Origin: an uncultured Phycisphaerales bacterium
Lineage (GTDB): Bacteria > Planctomycetota > Phycisphaerae > Sedimentisphaerales > Anaerobacaceae
Assembly: GCA_963772725.1 (NCBI GenBank)
Contig: CAVYYI010000005.1
Coordinates: forward strand, 64,001 to 128,000
Length of the DNA: 64,000 bases
Reading direction: 5' to 3'
Below are positions 45,173-57,530 of the stretch, one piece after another. Numbering within the stretch: position 1 is the first letter of the stretch; every line of letters begins with the position of its first letter. The notes under the pieces were generated by a model, which did no database searches, was not told where the DNA came from, and worked only from the letters and a program-made list of their open reading frames with translations. A program made the position numbers and the translations under genes.

Positions 45173-45445
45173 ATGGAAAGACATTTATTATGCCCGCGGA
45201 CAGAGCTGTGCAATGTTTACAGGATTTACGAGGAAATCAGCAAAGACAATCGCATCGGAATAATTGAGGTAAGCACTATCGAAGGCAGGGATTTTTATGA
45301 CTGCAAGGCTCTGAATATGGTAATGGAGCTTCTGAAAAAAGGCAAGCTTGCGAAAGAGGCAGCGGACAGGCTGGAGGGTTTGTTTGACTGCTTTCTGATA
45401 GACCAGGCGAATAAGGCGGTGGAAAAACGCAGGAGCGAATTCTGA
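45173..45445 (+). CDS. Small Cys-containing hypothetical protein
   Basis: 90-aa ORF divergent from efp; four spaced Cys. Confidence 0.5.
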   Translation: MERHLLCPRTELCNVYRIYEEISKDNRIGIIEVSTIEGRDFYDCKALNMVMELLKKGKLAKEAADRLEGLFDCFLIDQANKAVEKRRSEF

Positions 45446-45586
45446 GAACAGAGCAGTACTTATAACAACCGCCCGCAAAGTCATCGCCAAACGTAATTGC
45501 GGAAAATTTTTCTTTACATACGCTCGCGGAAAGTATTTATTATATTCAAATAAAATTTCTAATTTAGATATAAAGGGGGCAACGCA

Positions 45587-46140
45587 ATGTTTATAGATTA
45601 TGTAACGCTAATGCTGATAAACATGGTCGGCCAGTTGGTTATTCTCGCCTTTTTCCTGTATAAGGGCATGGACAGCCAGGACAAGGCAAGCTGGGCGCCG
45701 GCATTTGGGACGGCCGGGCTGGTGGGGGTTATTTGCGGTTTTATGATGATATTTACCTCACCCCTTCCCAAGCCTTACAGTATGGCATTCGGTGAAATGA
45801 CCGTCCTAATGAGCATTTTATTTGTCGCAGCAGCTGGACGCTGGCGAAGGACTGGAATCTCCTGCCTTTGGGGATTTACGCCTTTTTCGCAGGGCTCGCC
45901 GCGATTTTGCTGGGCGTACAGATTATACATCTTTCGCTTACCGCGGTTCCAGTCTTATCCGGCGCGGGCTTTATCATTACCGGCCTTGGCGGTGTCTTTG
46001 CCGGCTTTACACTTTGGCCGCGGGAAATGAAAGTTTTCCGTATAATCGGCGCTCTCGTAATGCTGGCCGCCGCTGTTATCTGGGCATTGACCGCATATAT
46101 GGCCTACTGGCAGCACATGCTCCCCCCAAAAACAACTTAA
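45587..46140 (+). CDS. DUF981-family membrane protein (indel near 45835)
   Basis: MFIDYVTLML, PLP.PY...FGE; five to six TM segments across two frames. Confidence 0.75.
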
Positions 46141-46169
46141 AATTAACCTTTTACTCAAGGAGACTTCCA

Positions 46170-46979
46170 ATGAACAAAACCTGTAAAATAACTATGCTGC
46201 TGGTTTCTTTGTCTATTTTCTTATTAACCTCCTGCGAGATAGTCCCAATCACAGGCAGAAAACAGCTTAATTTCATTCCTGAATCACAAATGAATACATT
46301 GAGCCTTACGGAGTATAAGGATTTTATTTCTAAAAACAAAACCAGCACCAATGTCGCACAGACGCAAATGGTCAAAACTGTCGGCGCAAAGATTCAAAAA
46401 GCCGTCGAAACCTACTGTTCACAAAAAAACCTGTCCAGCCGAATCGCCGGTTATCAGTGGGAGTTCAACCTTGTTGAAGACAGCAACGTAAACGCCTTCG
46501 CCATGCCCGGCGGCAAGGTCGTCGTTTATACCGGCCTGATTCCCATCGCCCAAAATGAGGAAGGTCTGGCCGTTGTTATGGGGCACGAGATATCGCACGT
46601 AATCGCAAGGCACGGCAGCGAACGAATGAGCCAGGGTCTTCTTGTCGAAATGGGCGGCACGCTTCTCTCTGAAGCTATGAGCAAGAGTCCCTCGCAAACT
46701 AAAACTTTATTCCAGAAGTCTTACAGCATGGGAACGCAATACGGTGTTTTGCTGCCGTACAGCAGACGTCACGAAACGGAGGCGGACCATCTCGGCTTGA
46801 TTTTTATGGCAATGGCAGGGTATAATCCCAATGCGGCGATTGACTTCTGGCAGAGAATGGCGGCGACCAGTAAAGGCTCCAAGCCCTTTGAACTTCTCAG
46901 CACTCATCCTGCCGATAAGACGAGGATTGAGAATTTAAAGCTGTTTATGCCCGAGGCGATGAAATATTACACCAAGTGA
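46170..46979 (+). CDS. M48 family metallopeptidase lipoprotein
   Basis: Lipobox LTSC; NAFAMPGG, HEISH, E.EAD, LSTHP. Confidence 0.92.
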   Translation: MNKTCKITMLLVSLSIFLLTSCEIVPITGRKQLNFIPESQMNTLSLTEYKDFISKNKTSTNVAQTQMVKTVGAKIQKAVETYCSQKNLSSRIAGYQWEFNLVEDSNVNAFAMPGGKVVVYTGLIPIAQNEEGLAVVMGHEISHVIARHGSERMSQGLLVEMGGTLLSEAMSKSPSQTKTLFQKSYSMGTQYGVLLPYSRRHETEADHLGLIFMAMAGYNPNAAIDFWQRMAATSKGSKPFELLSTHPADKTRIENLKLFMPEAMKYYTK

Positions 46980-47000
46980 CAATTTGAAAGAATCGGTTTA

Positions 47001-47437
47001 ATGAGTAAGTCATCAATCAGAATACTTTGGGCAGAAGACAGCATCTCCGATATTCTGCTGATTAAGGAGGCTTTTGAGCAGGCCGGCCTCAACCACAGGC
47101 TCAATATTGCCAGCGACGGACACAAGCCTTGGATTTTCTTTTCCGCCGCGGGCGTTACTCCCACGCTCTTCGTCCGGAGCTTATCATCCTCAACCTGAAC
47201 ATGCCGAAAAAGACCGGCCGTGAAGTCATCAGCGAGATGAAGAGCGACCCGGCGCTGGTGTCGATACCGCTGGTTGTTCTAACCAGTTCCGGTCATGACC
47301 AGTATGTCCTCGAAGGCTGCGACCCCAAACGCTGCCTGTATCTTGTAAAGCCCACCAGTTTCAATGCCCTAGTTGAGGTGGTAAAACAAATCCAGAGTTT
47401 CTGGCTGTCCCTTACGAACCCGAAACAGGAAACTTAA
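47001..47437 (+). CDS. Single-domain response regulator (Rcp1-like; indel near 47122); phosphoacceptor reads Asn
   Basis: ILWAED, PELIILNLNMP..TG, VVLTSS, YLVKP. Confidence 0.8.
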
Positions 47438-47682
47438 AAATCGCCCAACTATTCCCAACTGCCGTTTGTATTTTCAGTGTGAAAATAAGCAAATTTAAAG
47501 ACTGATACAACAATATGTCTGTTTATCGTAACTATTGCTGTTATCTAATGTTACAGTGTAAATTTATGGCTGAAATATAGTCCGTTCTGCCCCAAAAAGC
47601 AGGATATTGTTTGGAATTAGCGATAAAACTGGTATAATCAAACAAATAACCAAAAAAATTATATGTTCGGGAGGTTATAAAA

Positions 47683-48582
47683 ATGAAACTTAATTATGTT
47701 TCAAAGGCCGGCATATCCGCCATGATTGTCTTTTTGTGTTTTCTGACTTTATACGCCCAGGAACCAGCGAAAACTGCGGCGACCGATGCGAACAGCGTTT
47801 TAGCTAAACCGGCGGGGGCAGTTGAAAAACCGAAACCTAAAACAAGTTTTGTCAAATTAATCGACTTTTACCTGCGCAACAACGAACTCGTGTACGGCAA
47901 ACTTATCGACGAAGATGCCAAAAAAATAACCGTCGAGCAGCATCAGGGAAGTAAAATGACTGTCAATTATTACAGCAAAAGGGAGCTTGACGGAAGGACA
48001 ATACATACGCAAACAGTACCCGAATACAAATACGACCTCGAACTCGCCGACTATTTTGCCGGCAGAGTCTGGGACTTCGAAAATGACACCGATGAATTCA
48101 TATATGCCCTTAGATATTATGAAGATGCCAAAAAGCTCCTGGCGGAAAACAGCACTCCCGACCCTGAAAAAATTAAGGAAATTAACGATAAAATAGCCAA
48201 ACTCCAGGCCGACAAAAAGGAATGGGTAAAACAGGCCGAAGCCCGCGCTGCACTGGTAAAACTTGAATTCCAGATAACCTTTGAAAAACGACTCAAAGAC
48301 CTTGAGGAAAAAGTTAACTCGATAAAACTCCCTCAGGGCAAAATTGATGAGATTGAAAAAGCACTCGCTGATATAAAGCAAAGCCAGGAAAATCTTAATA
48401 ATGACATTTCCGCCATCAGTCAGGATTTGAGCCAGCAGGTAAACAGGCTTGATTCGCGGATTAACGAAAATCGCGACATGATTTACCGCAATGTCAATCA
48501 GACCGGCTACATCATTGTCGAACGCGATAAAAACAAGGCTAAGGACAAAAAACTTCCGCCCGACAGCAACCAGGCAAAATGA
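47683..48582 (+). CDS. Secreted coiled-coil hypothetical protein
   Basis: Signal peptide; SD ggagg; heptad-rich C-terminal half. Confidence 0.7.
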   Translation: MKLNYVSKAGISAMIVFLCFLTLYAQEPAKTAATDANSVLAKPAGAVEKPKPKTSFVKLIDFYLRNNELVYGKLIDEDAKKITVEQHQGSKMTVNYYSKRELDGRTIHTQTVPEYKYDLELADYFAGRVWDFENDTDEFIYALRYYEDAKKLLAENSTPDPEKIKEINDKIAKLQADKKEWVKQAEARAALVKLEFQITFEKRLKDLEEKVNSIKLPQGKIDEIEKALADIKQSQENLNNDISAISQDLSQQVNRLDSRINENRDMIYRNVNQTGYIIVERDKNKAKDKKLPPDSNQAK

Positions 48583-48633
48583 CACCGCCTTGGGCTTCAA
48601 CCAAATTTAATTATTAACTTAACTGAACTTTTT

Positions 48634-48768
48634 TGTCATTCCCGCAAAAGCGGGAATCCAGATTCGTATGGTGGGGTTTACCCAACCATATTCTTTTGGC
48701 GGGGCAGGCCACGCCCTGCCAGATACCCGCTCCATCTTCGACGGATTTCCAATTTTGCAGGTATGACA
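48634..48768. repeat. Composite REP-like element between convergent genes
   Basis: tgtcattcccgcaaaagcgggaatccag ... gcaggtatgaca arms with two nested hairpins. Confidence 0.7.
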
Positions 48769-48782
48769 GAAAAATTTATTCT

Positions 48783-49563
48783 TTAAATATTAAAATCTCT
48801 TTCAGTAACTTTTACAATCTGCTCAAGAGTAGCCTTGCTGAAATCGATGCTTGGCCATTTTTTTGCGCAGGTTGTTTATAAGCTGCTTGATTTTTTTGAG
48901 TTCTTCGGCAAGAAGCTTATAATTTTGTTCCTGTTTTATCTTTTGGAAAACTTCATTATCAATCATACTGAATGAGCCGCCCAGAACCAAAACGCCCGCG
49001 TAAATGTAGTCTGGAATATTTCTCTGATTAGTTCCGTCTGTCGGAATAAGGCTGATGGTTTTGTGAATGGCGGGGTCAATGGCTTTAATAAACGCGTGGC
49101 CGCCAAGTTGCTCGGCGGGAAATACCTTCACAAAATTTGCGCCGAGCGAAAATTGGTTTAATATTTCCGTAACCGTCCCGCAGCCCGGGATTATGGCCAC
49201 CCTGCCTAAAAAATTATCGTAAGCCTGCGGACTGAAGTTCGCCGCCGAGACGATATAATTCATACCGAGGCTGACAACGCGCTCAACGGTCGGCAAAGGG
49301 TCATCGCCGTGATAGCGGTTATACTCCTCGCGCATCCCGGTAAAATCAATGAGACTCCCCGCTCCTGCCATAAAGTTCGGTAACTCCTTGCGCAGACGTC
49401 TCATATTATCCAGGGGATTTTTAATTCTGCAGGTTACTTCCATGTTATTGATGCCCGCTTCTATCAGTGCATGGGCAGTTTTGATGACATCAAGGTCATC
49501 TTCATTAAAAACCAGAATGAAACCGTCACGCACAAGCGTTTCAATTGTACTTTTAACATCCAT
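48783..49563 (-). CDS. KDPG/KHG aldolase family protein (indel near 48860)
   Basis: EVTCR, GAGS, IPGC.T..E, VKVFPA Schiff-base Lys. Confidence 0.8.
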
Positions 49564-49574
49564 AGTCAATCATC

Positions 49575-50372
49575 CTATAATCTTCTCAAATGAAAACCAC
49601 CGTCAACATTAATTACCTGGCCGGTTGAAAAATCAAAATAACCCTGGGCAATCGCCGAGACTGCCTTTGCGACATCTTCGGGCTGGCCCCAGCGTTTTAT
49701 AGGCGTCAGTCCCTCGTTAATAAGCTTATCGTATTTTTCTTTAACCACGCTTGTCATATCAGTGGCGATAATGCCGGGGCGGGTTTCAAAAACACAGATG
49801 CCGAATTCTGCCAGCCGGTCAGCATAAAGCATTGTCATCATACTTACACCTGCCTTACTTATGCAGTATTCGCCTCGCGCAGGCGAACTGGTATAGGCGG
49901 ACATAGAACCGGTGTTGACAATTCTAAAGTGCCGTTCCGGGTGACGTTTTTTCTGCTCTATCATCCAGTTGGCCACAAGCTGTGTGAGAAAATAAGGGCC
50001 TTTGAGATTTATTCGCAGAACCCGCTCGAAACTTTCTTCGGTCGCCTCAAGTATGTCTGCACGCCTGGTCGGCGCAACGCCTGCGTTATTGACGAGCATA
50101 TCGCACCTGCTGAATTCCTTATTGGTAAGTTCGACAAGCTTGAGCCTGTCTTTGGCATCGCTGACGTCGGCTCTTACGGCAAAGCATTTTACTCCGATGA
50201 TCTCGATTTGTTTCTGCGTTTCACTCGCAAAGCTGTCATCGTGCTTGCCATCGACAGTGAAATCAAAATAGCTTATCGCAAGGTCGTAGCCGAGCTTGGC
50301 AAGTTCGATTGCGATAGCTTTTCCTATGCCTCGACTTGCGCCGGTAACAATAGCAGCAGGTTTATTTTCCAT
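49575..50372 (-). CDS. SDR oxidoreductase (3-ketoacyl-ACP reductase-like)
   Basis: TGASRGIG, NNAG, YCISK, VDGG. Confidence 0.88.
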   Translation of the reverse strand: MENKPAAIVTGASRGIGKAIAIELAKLGYDLAISYFDFTVDGKHDDSFASETQKQIEIIGVKCFAVRADVSDAKDRLKLVELTNKEFSRCDMLVNNAGVAPTRRADILEATEESFERVLRINLKGPYFLTQLVANWMIEQKKRHPERHFRIVNTGSMSAYTSSPARGEYCISKAGVSMMTMLYADRLAEFGICVFETRPGIIATDMTSVVKEKYDKLINEGLTPIKRWGQPEDVAKAVSAIAQGYFDFSTGQVINVDGGFHLRRL

Positions 50373-50602
50373 TTTTTTACTCCTAACGTTTAAGTTCAGG
50401 GATATTAATCCATTTGCGTTTCGCCCAGGATTCGAGACCTTTTTCCGCGAGCTGAACGCTTTTGGCGCCTTCAAACACCTGTTTCCAGTGTGCAACATCG
50501 CCCGCCGGATATGTCCTGCCTGAAATCTTATTTAAATCCGCTATTATCATTTACCACCCCCGAATAAAATCAGATATTGAAATTAAACTTAATATTGTTT
50601 TT

Positions 50603-52143
50603 TTATTCCCACTCAATCGTGGCCGGAGGCTTGCTTGATACATCATATACAACACGATTTACGCCGCGAACCTCATTTATAATCCTGCTGGCTATCAAGC
50701 CTAAAACCTCATAAGGTATCTGCGAAAAATCAGCGGTCATAAAATCGGTCGTATCGACCGAGCGAATCGCGACAACATTTTCATAACTGCGTTCATCGCC
50801 CATCACACCGACCGTCGCGATAGGCAAAAGCACCGTTAACGCCTGCGATATTTTTCTGTAAAGGCCGGCTGATTTAATCTCGTCTATGAGAATCTCATCG
50901 GCGGCGCGGACGATTTCAAGGCGTTTGGGAGTAATTTCACCTATAATTCTTACCGCCAGCCCCGGCCCGGGGAAGGGATGCCGCCAAACAAGCTCTTCCG
51001 GCAGGCCGAGATATTCTCCGACAAGTCTAACCTCATCCTTGAATAAATCACGCAGAGGCTCAACGAGTTCAAAACCGAGCTGCGCAGGCAGTCCGCCGAC
51101 ATTATGGTGCAGTTTAATATTTGCCGCTGGGTTGCCATCCTTTGAGCCGGACTCGATAACATCGGGATAGAGCGTTCCCTGCGCGAGAAACCTAGCGCCG
51201 GAAATTTTGGTCGCTTCGGACTTAAACGCCTTGATAAATTCCGCCCCGATAATTTTACGTTTCTGCTGAGGGTCTGTAACATCTTTGAGAGCGTCGAGGA
51301 ATTGCTTTGACCAGTCCACAACGTGCAGATTTATATGAAAATGGTTTTTGAAGGTAGATACGACATTTTCACGTTCGTTTTTTCGCAGCAGGCCGTTATC
51401 GACAAAAATACATACAAGCTGCTCACCAATTGCCTTGTGCAACAGTGAAGCAGTAACGGATGAATCCACCCCGCCGCTCAAACCGCAAATCACCGCGGAT
51501 TTTCCGACTTTCTTTCGAATCGCATCGACAGTCTCTGTTACAAAGTCGCTCATCTTCCAGTCGCCGGTGCATTTACAGATGTCGTAAAGGAAATTTTTAA
51601 GAATGATAGTGCCTTTGGGCGTATGCGAGACTTCCGGGTGGAACTGCACGCCAAAAAATTTGCTCTTTTTGTGTCTTACCGCCGCATAAGGACAGGTTTC
51701 CGTAGAGGCGAGTTTAACAAAGTCGCCCCCTGTCTGCTGAAGCTGGTCGCCGTGACTTGCCCATGCGGTTATCTCTTTAGGCAGACCCGCGAACAAATCG
51801 CTGTTATCGAGGATTAAGATTTCTGTCCGTCCGTATTCGCGTTTTTCCGCGGGGACGATTTTGCCGCCAAGCATCTGGCATCCGAGTTGCATTCCGTAGC
51901 AGATGCCGAGAATCGGAACGCCCATAGCGAAAATTTTCTCATCGCACCGCGGAGCGTTTTTTTCATAAACACTGGCCGGCCCGCCGGAGAGTATAATTCC
52001 AACAACACCCAATTTAGCTAATTCTTCAGCTTTTGTATCCGCGCGGAAAATCCGGCTGTAAACATTAAGTTCACGCACGCGCCTTGCTATCAATTGCCCG
52101 TACTGACTGCCAAAATCCAAAATAGCTATTGTTTCGTTCTTCA

Positions 52144-52144
<1 letters not shown>
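50603..52144 (-). CDS. guaA: GMP synthase (glutamine-hydrolysing)
   Basis: [31 protein letters not shown]. Confidence 0.97.
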
Positions 52145-53618
<1,474 letters not shown>

Positions 53619-53889
53619 TTTGTTCTCCGGATTTAACCGTTTCATCTTTTATTTTGAAATTTTAGTATAATATCCTTATAAAATTCAGTCAAACATATTT
53701 AACGCCTGTCGAAGTGCTAATCGGCCAAAGAACGAAATTAAGTCAAGGAGAAATTATGATGAAAATGGGCATGATTATTACTTTCATTGTAGCTGTTATG
53801 TGCGCAGCAGGAAAAAATTGAAGATACGGCGAATTTGAAACCCATGGCGCAATGGTGAAAAAAATGTCGGCAGTTTATACTACAATCTT

Positions 53890-55494
53890 TCATATTCTTA
53901 TTTTTTTGCCACGGGGTAAAAGCTGGGCGAGCAGGAGCGTCAGGATTGCCCAAGCAAGTCCGTAAGTTAAGCCGACAAAAACGGTGGAGGCCAGAATAAT
54001 CAGCCAAATCGCGAACTGCACCTGACAGTAAGGGACAGTTATTGTTTCCTTATACGCATACCAATATTTAAAATTACGTACCGCGCCCAAAATCGCCGCT
54101 AAACCAATAACAAGATAAATACCCAAAACCGCGTAAACAAAAGCCGGAAAATCTGTACTTATTTTTACTTCACTGCCTTGTACCGGCATCCTCGTAAGAG
54201 CAAACAGCATCGCCGCCTCGCCGAGATACGGCGCATCGGTCGCGTTTGAAAGCATTCGCGGCATTACCAAAGTACCGTCGGCCAGAGGCCACGAAATCGC
54301 GACAGCCTCAACACTGAGCGGATTAGCGTGGTCGAAACGTCCATTTGCGCGGGCTGTACCGATACCGAACGCCGACGCTGAAACGCCGAAACCGGCTATA
54401 ACAGGGCCGGAGTCAACATCAAAATACCATTCACTGGCGGGGTCGCCTTTGGGAAATTCTCTAAAACCATAAAACCCATACCGTTTTTGCCAGAAATAAT
54501 TGTCATAGAGAACGTACCATTTTTTTGCCTCTTCAGGCCACAGGTACGGCGCCCAGTTAAGAATCCATTGAGTCGAACAGCCGCGTGCTCCGCCGTCCGC
54601 TTCCCCTGTTTTGGCATTGGCAAAATAAGGCGGAAGTCCTGTATATGTGTCAATGAGGCTGCCCTGAAATCCGCGGATTGACCTGTTTATAAACTCGCTA
54701 TGGTTTGTGCCGAGCAGGCCGTCCGCGCGTTTTATCGCCGCCAGAGCAACAGCAACATCTGTCGGATAGCATTGGCCGGGATAATCATCGAGCAGGCCGT
54801 AAGGGGATTTATCAATTTCGTCGCTGAGGCTTTCAACCTGGTCGGCAAGAAGACCGAAATATTTTGTGTCACCAAGAAGTTTCTGATAACTCGTCAAACC
54901 GCTGATAATAAGCATACGATAAAACAAATTTTCCTTGTGCAGATAATTTTTGCCCCAGTGTTTTTTTACCCATGCGGCCTGGTTGGGGTCAGCAATCAGA
55001 GCGGCCGCGGCTTCGATTGCGCCAGCCGCATAATCTTTTGGCGCAGACGACGATTGCGTCTTATCCTGTTCCCATGTCTGCTGGAGGGATTCGGTGGCCC
55101 ATAGATAAAAGACCGAACCAAAGAGAGGCCATTCAGTGCCGGAGACATTTTCAACATCAAGATGTTTTGCCTTATCGCTGGCGAGGCGCTGCTTTGCCCA
55201 GTTCTCATATCGAGGCGATAAATTACGATGCAGCCAAGCGGCGTACATCGGTATTTGCGGCTCATTCAAGGCAGGGTCGGTCAGATGATACAGAATTATC
55301 CCAAATGGAATGATGAAAAAATAGACGGCTAAATAGATGACGACAGCAGTGTTTACATAAAGGCACAATGTTGCAGGCCAAAATGATTTGCGCTCAGGCC
55401 GCGAAGCGCTTTCCGAAGGTTCTTCCCTATGTTTCAGAGGCAGCCGGTCTAACGTGTTTTCTATTCCCGATTTCGCCGATTCCTTTTCTTCCAT
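53890..55494 (-). CDS. Membrane-anchored linalool dehydratase/isomerase-like protein
   Basis: YPGQCYPTD, ARGCS, GFREFPKG, DVDSGPV, SASAFG; one N-terminal and several C-terminal TM segments. Confidence 0.6.
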   Translation of the reverse strand: MEEKESAKSGIENTLDRLPLKHREEPSESASRPERKSFWPATLCLYVNTAVVIYLAVYFFIIPFGIILYHLTDPALNEPQIPMYAAWLHRNLSPRYENWAKQRLASDKAKHLDVENVSGTEWPLFGSVFYLWATESLQQTWEQDKTQSSSAPKDYAAGAIEAAAALIADPNQAAWVKKHWGKNYLHKENLFYRMLIISGLTSYQKLLGDTKYFGLLADQVESLSDEIDKSPYGLLDDYPGQCYPTDVAVALAAIKRADGLLGTNHSEFINRSIRGFQGSLIDTYTGLPPYFANAKTGEADGGARGCSTQWILNWAPYLWPEEAKKWYVLYDNYFWQKRYGFYGFREFPKGDPASEWYFDVDSGPVIAGFGVSASAFGIGTARANGRFDHANPLSVEAVAISWPLADGTLVMPRMLSNATDAPYLGEAAMLFALTRMPVQGSEVKISTDFPAFVYAVLGIYLVIGLAAILGAVRNFKYWYAYKETITVPYCQVQFAIWLIILASTVFVGLTYGLAWAILTLLLAQLLPRGKKIRI

Positions 55495-55551
55495 GATTAA
55501 ATCCTTTGCGAAAAACGAATATACGTTACCCAATAGCTGTTTTATATCAAA

Positions 55552-56652
55552 TCAGGTCAGGAATTTCAAAATAATCTTTTTGTAATATTCGACGCCTTTT
55601 TCAACATCAGCGATGTCAATATATTCATCGGGTTTGTGACACAGTTCGACTTTGCCAGGGCCGAAAATCACTATCGGCACGCCCAGCGGCACAAAATACG
55701 GCCCATCTGTACTAAAGCCGACAGCTGTTGTCTTATTTATCGCGACCGCCTTACAGAAATCCTTTACAAAAGCCGAATAGTTATCGGTTTCGAGGGCACC
55801 GGAGTTTCTCGCGACAGAGACCTGGGCATTAAACTGTTTATTTTTTCGTTTTATTTTTTTAAATATCTTTTCGACATCGGAAATTATCTTTTTAGAGTTT
55901 TGCCGGACTGTCAGGCGAAAATCGACACATATCTCACAGTGGTCGGGGATAACGTTGACAGCTTTACCGCCTGAAATCGTATTGACACTCATCGAGCATT
56001 CTTTAGACAATTTGTTTTGCCTGTAATCTTCAAGTTCGTTTAATAGTGCCGCCATCAGGCTTATCGCGTTTATTCCGAGTTCAGGCGTAGAGCCGTGAGC
56101 GGTTCGACCCTTGGTTGTGATTTTAAGCCACAATAATCCTCTGTGCGCAGTAACAATATCAAAGCCAGTCGGCTCAGGAACAATAACGCCGGCCAGTTTA
56201 GGCATCCTTGGCATATTCCGCATAAATCTTTTTGCCCCGCAACTGTCGGTTTCCTCGCCCGCGGCGCCGAAGAAAATTATATCGCCCTTCAGTTTAGTGC
56301 CCGAGTCGATAATCTGCCGAATCGCGGTAACTATCGCCGTAGTGCCGCCCTTCATATCGGTTGAACCTCTGCCGAGAATCCTGCCCTTATTTTGTGCGCC
56401 CGAAAAAGGCGCCGTCTTCCATTTTACCTCGCCGGGCGGAACAACATCGAGATGACACGCGAACAACAGCGCCGGCCTTTGTCCCGCGGATTTAATATGC
56501 GTGATAATGTTTGCCCTGATGGAGTCCCATTTATCTATGCGGGATTTTATACCCGATTCAGCGAACTGGGCGGCGATTATTTCCGCGACAGCGGCTTCAC
56601 CTTTTTCTGATGTGGAATCGGCCTGTACAAGTTTTTTCAAAAGCTCTTTCAT
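55552..56652 (-). CDS. M20 family metallopeptidase (ArgE/DapE-like)
   Basis: HLDVV, GRGSTDMKGG, GEE, EPT, HKPDE. Confidence 0.9.
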   Translation of the reverse strand: MKELLKKLVQADSTSEKGEAAVAEIIAAQFAESGIKSRIDKWDSIRANIITHIKSAGQRPALLFACHLDVVPPGEVKWKTAPFSGAQNKGRILGRGSTDMKGGTTAIVTAIRQIIDSGTKLKGDIIFFGAAGEETDSCGAKRFMRNMPRMPKLAGVIVPEPTGFDIVTAHRGLLWLKITTKGRTAHGSTPELGINAISLMAALLNELEDYRQNKLSKECSMSVNTISGGKAVNVIPDHCEICVDFRLTVRQNSKKIISDVEKIFKKIKRKNKQFNAQVSVARNSGALETDNYSAFVKDFCKAVAINKTTAVGFSTDGPYFVPLGVPIVIFGPGKVELCHKPDEYIDIADVEKGVEYYKKIILKFLT

Positions 56653-56661
56653 AAGTCACAG

Positions 56662-57510
56662 TTAAAAACTATTAAAGTATTCCGGTTTGCCGTCGTCGCT
56701 GTCGTAATTGGTTTGGTCCTGGCCCTCCTGGCAGAGACAAACCCGCTCAATGCGTTCAGCTTTTCTGGTGTTGCTGTCCACGGTAACGATGATACCGTTC
56801 ATTCGCACGTCGCCGGTCGCCACATCATACGGAAATGGCATCTGCGTCCTGAAGGATTTCACGACATTTTCAACGCCTCTGCCCAGTACTGAATTATGCG
56901 TGCCGGTCATACCGATATCCGTAATATATGCCGTACCTTTGTCGCGTATTTTTTCATCGGCGGTTACAACATGGGTATGCGTTCCGAAGACGCAGGAGAC
57001 CTTGCCGTCAAGATAATACCCCATCGCGATTTTTTCGCTGGTGGCCTCGGCGTGAAAATCGACAAAAACCACCTCCGCCTTTTGCTGAAGCTGCGGAAGC
57101 AGTTTATCAATCGCGGCAAAGGGACAATCCGCGGGCTTCATAAAAATCCGTCCGATGAGTGACACCGCCGCCACCGTGGGGCCTTTGCCGGTCTTGTATA
57201 TCGCAGCCCCCCTGCCGGCAGCCTGCTCAGAAAGATTTGCGGGCCGAACGAGATTGTCCGCCGTTTCGAGAGTGGAAATTATGTCCCTTTTGCGATAAGT
57301 GTGGTCACCCAGTGTAATAAGGTTCACGCCATAACGCTGCAGCTTGTCGTAAATTTGCGGCGTAAGACCCGAACCACCAGCAACGTTTTCAGCGTTGGCT
57401 ATCACGCAGTCAATGTCATTTTCCTTAACAAACGGCCATAGCTTATCCGCCAGAATCCGCCTGCCCGGCCGACCAACTATATCACCTATACATAATACGT
57501 TAACTTTCAT
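56662..57510 (-). CDS. ymdB: YmdB-family (TIGR00282) metallophosphoesterase
   Basis: GDIVG, NAEN, DFHAEATSEK, GTHTH, TDIGM. Confidence 0.9.
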   Translation of the reverse strand: MKVNVLCIGDIVGRPGRRILADKLWPFVKENDIDCVIANAENVAGGSGLTPQIYDKLQRYGVNLITLGDHTYRKRDIISTLETADNLVRPANLSEQAAGRGAAIYKTGKGPTVAAVSLIGRIFMKPADCPFAAIDKLLPQLQQKAEVVFVDFHAEATSEKIAMGYYLDGKVSCVFGTHTHVVTADEKIRDKGTAYITDIGMTGTHNSVLGRGVENVVKSFRTQMPFPYDVATGDVRMNGIIVTVDSNTRKAERIERVCLCQEGQDQTNYDSDDGKPEYFNSF

Positions 57511-57530
57511 CAGTTAATCCCACAAGGATT

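Noticed and set aside
53746..53890. SD followed by a 21-codon hydrophobic ORF (MMKMGMIITFIVAVMCAAGKN)
   Set aside because: Too short to support; may be the relic of an exported-protein gene
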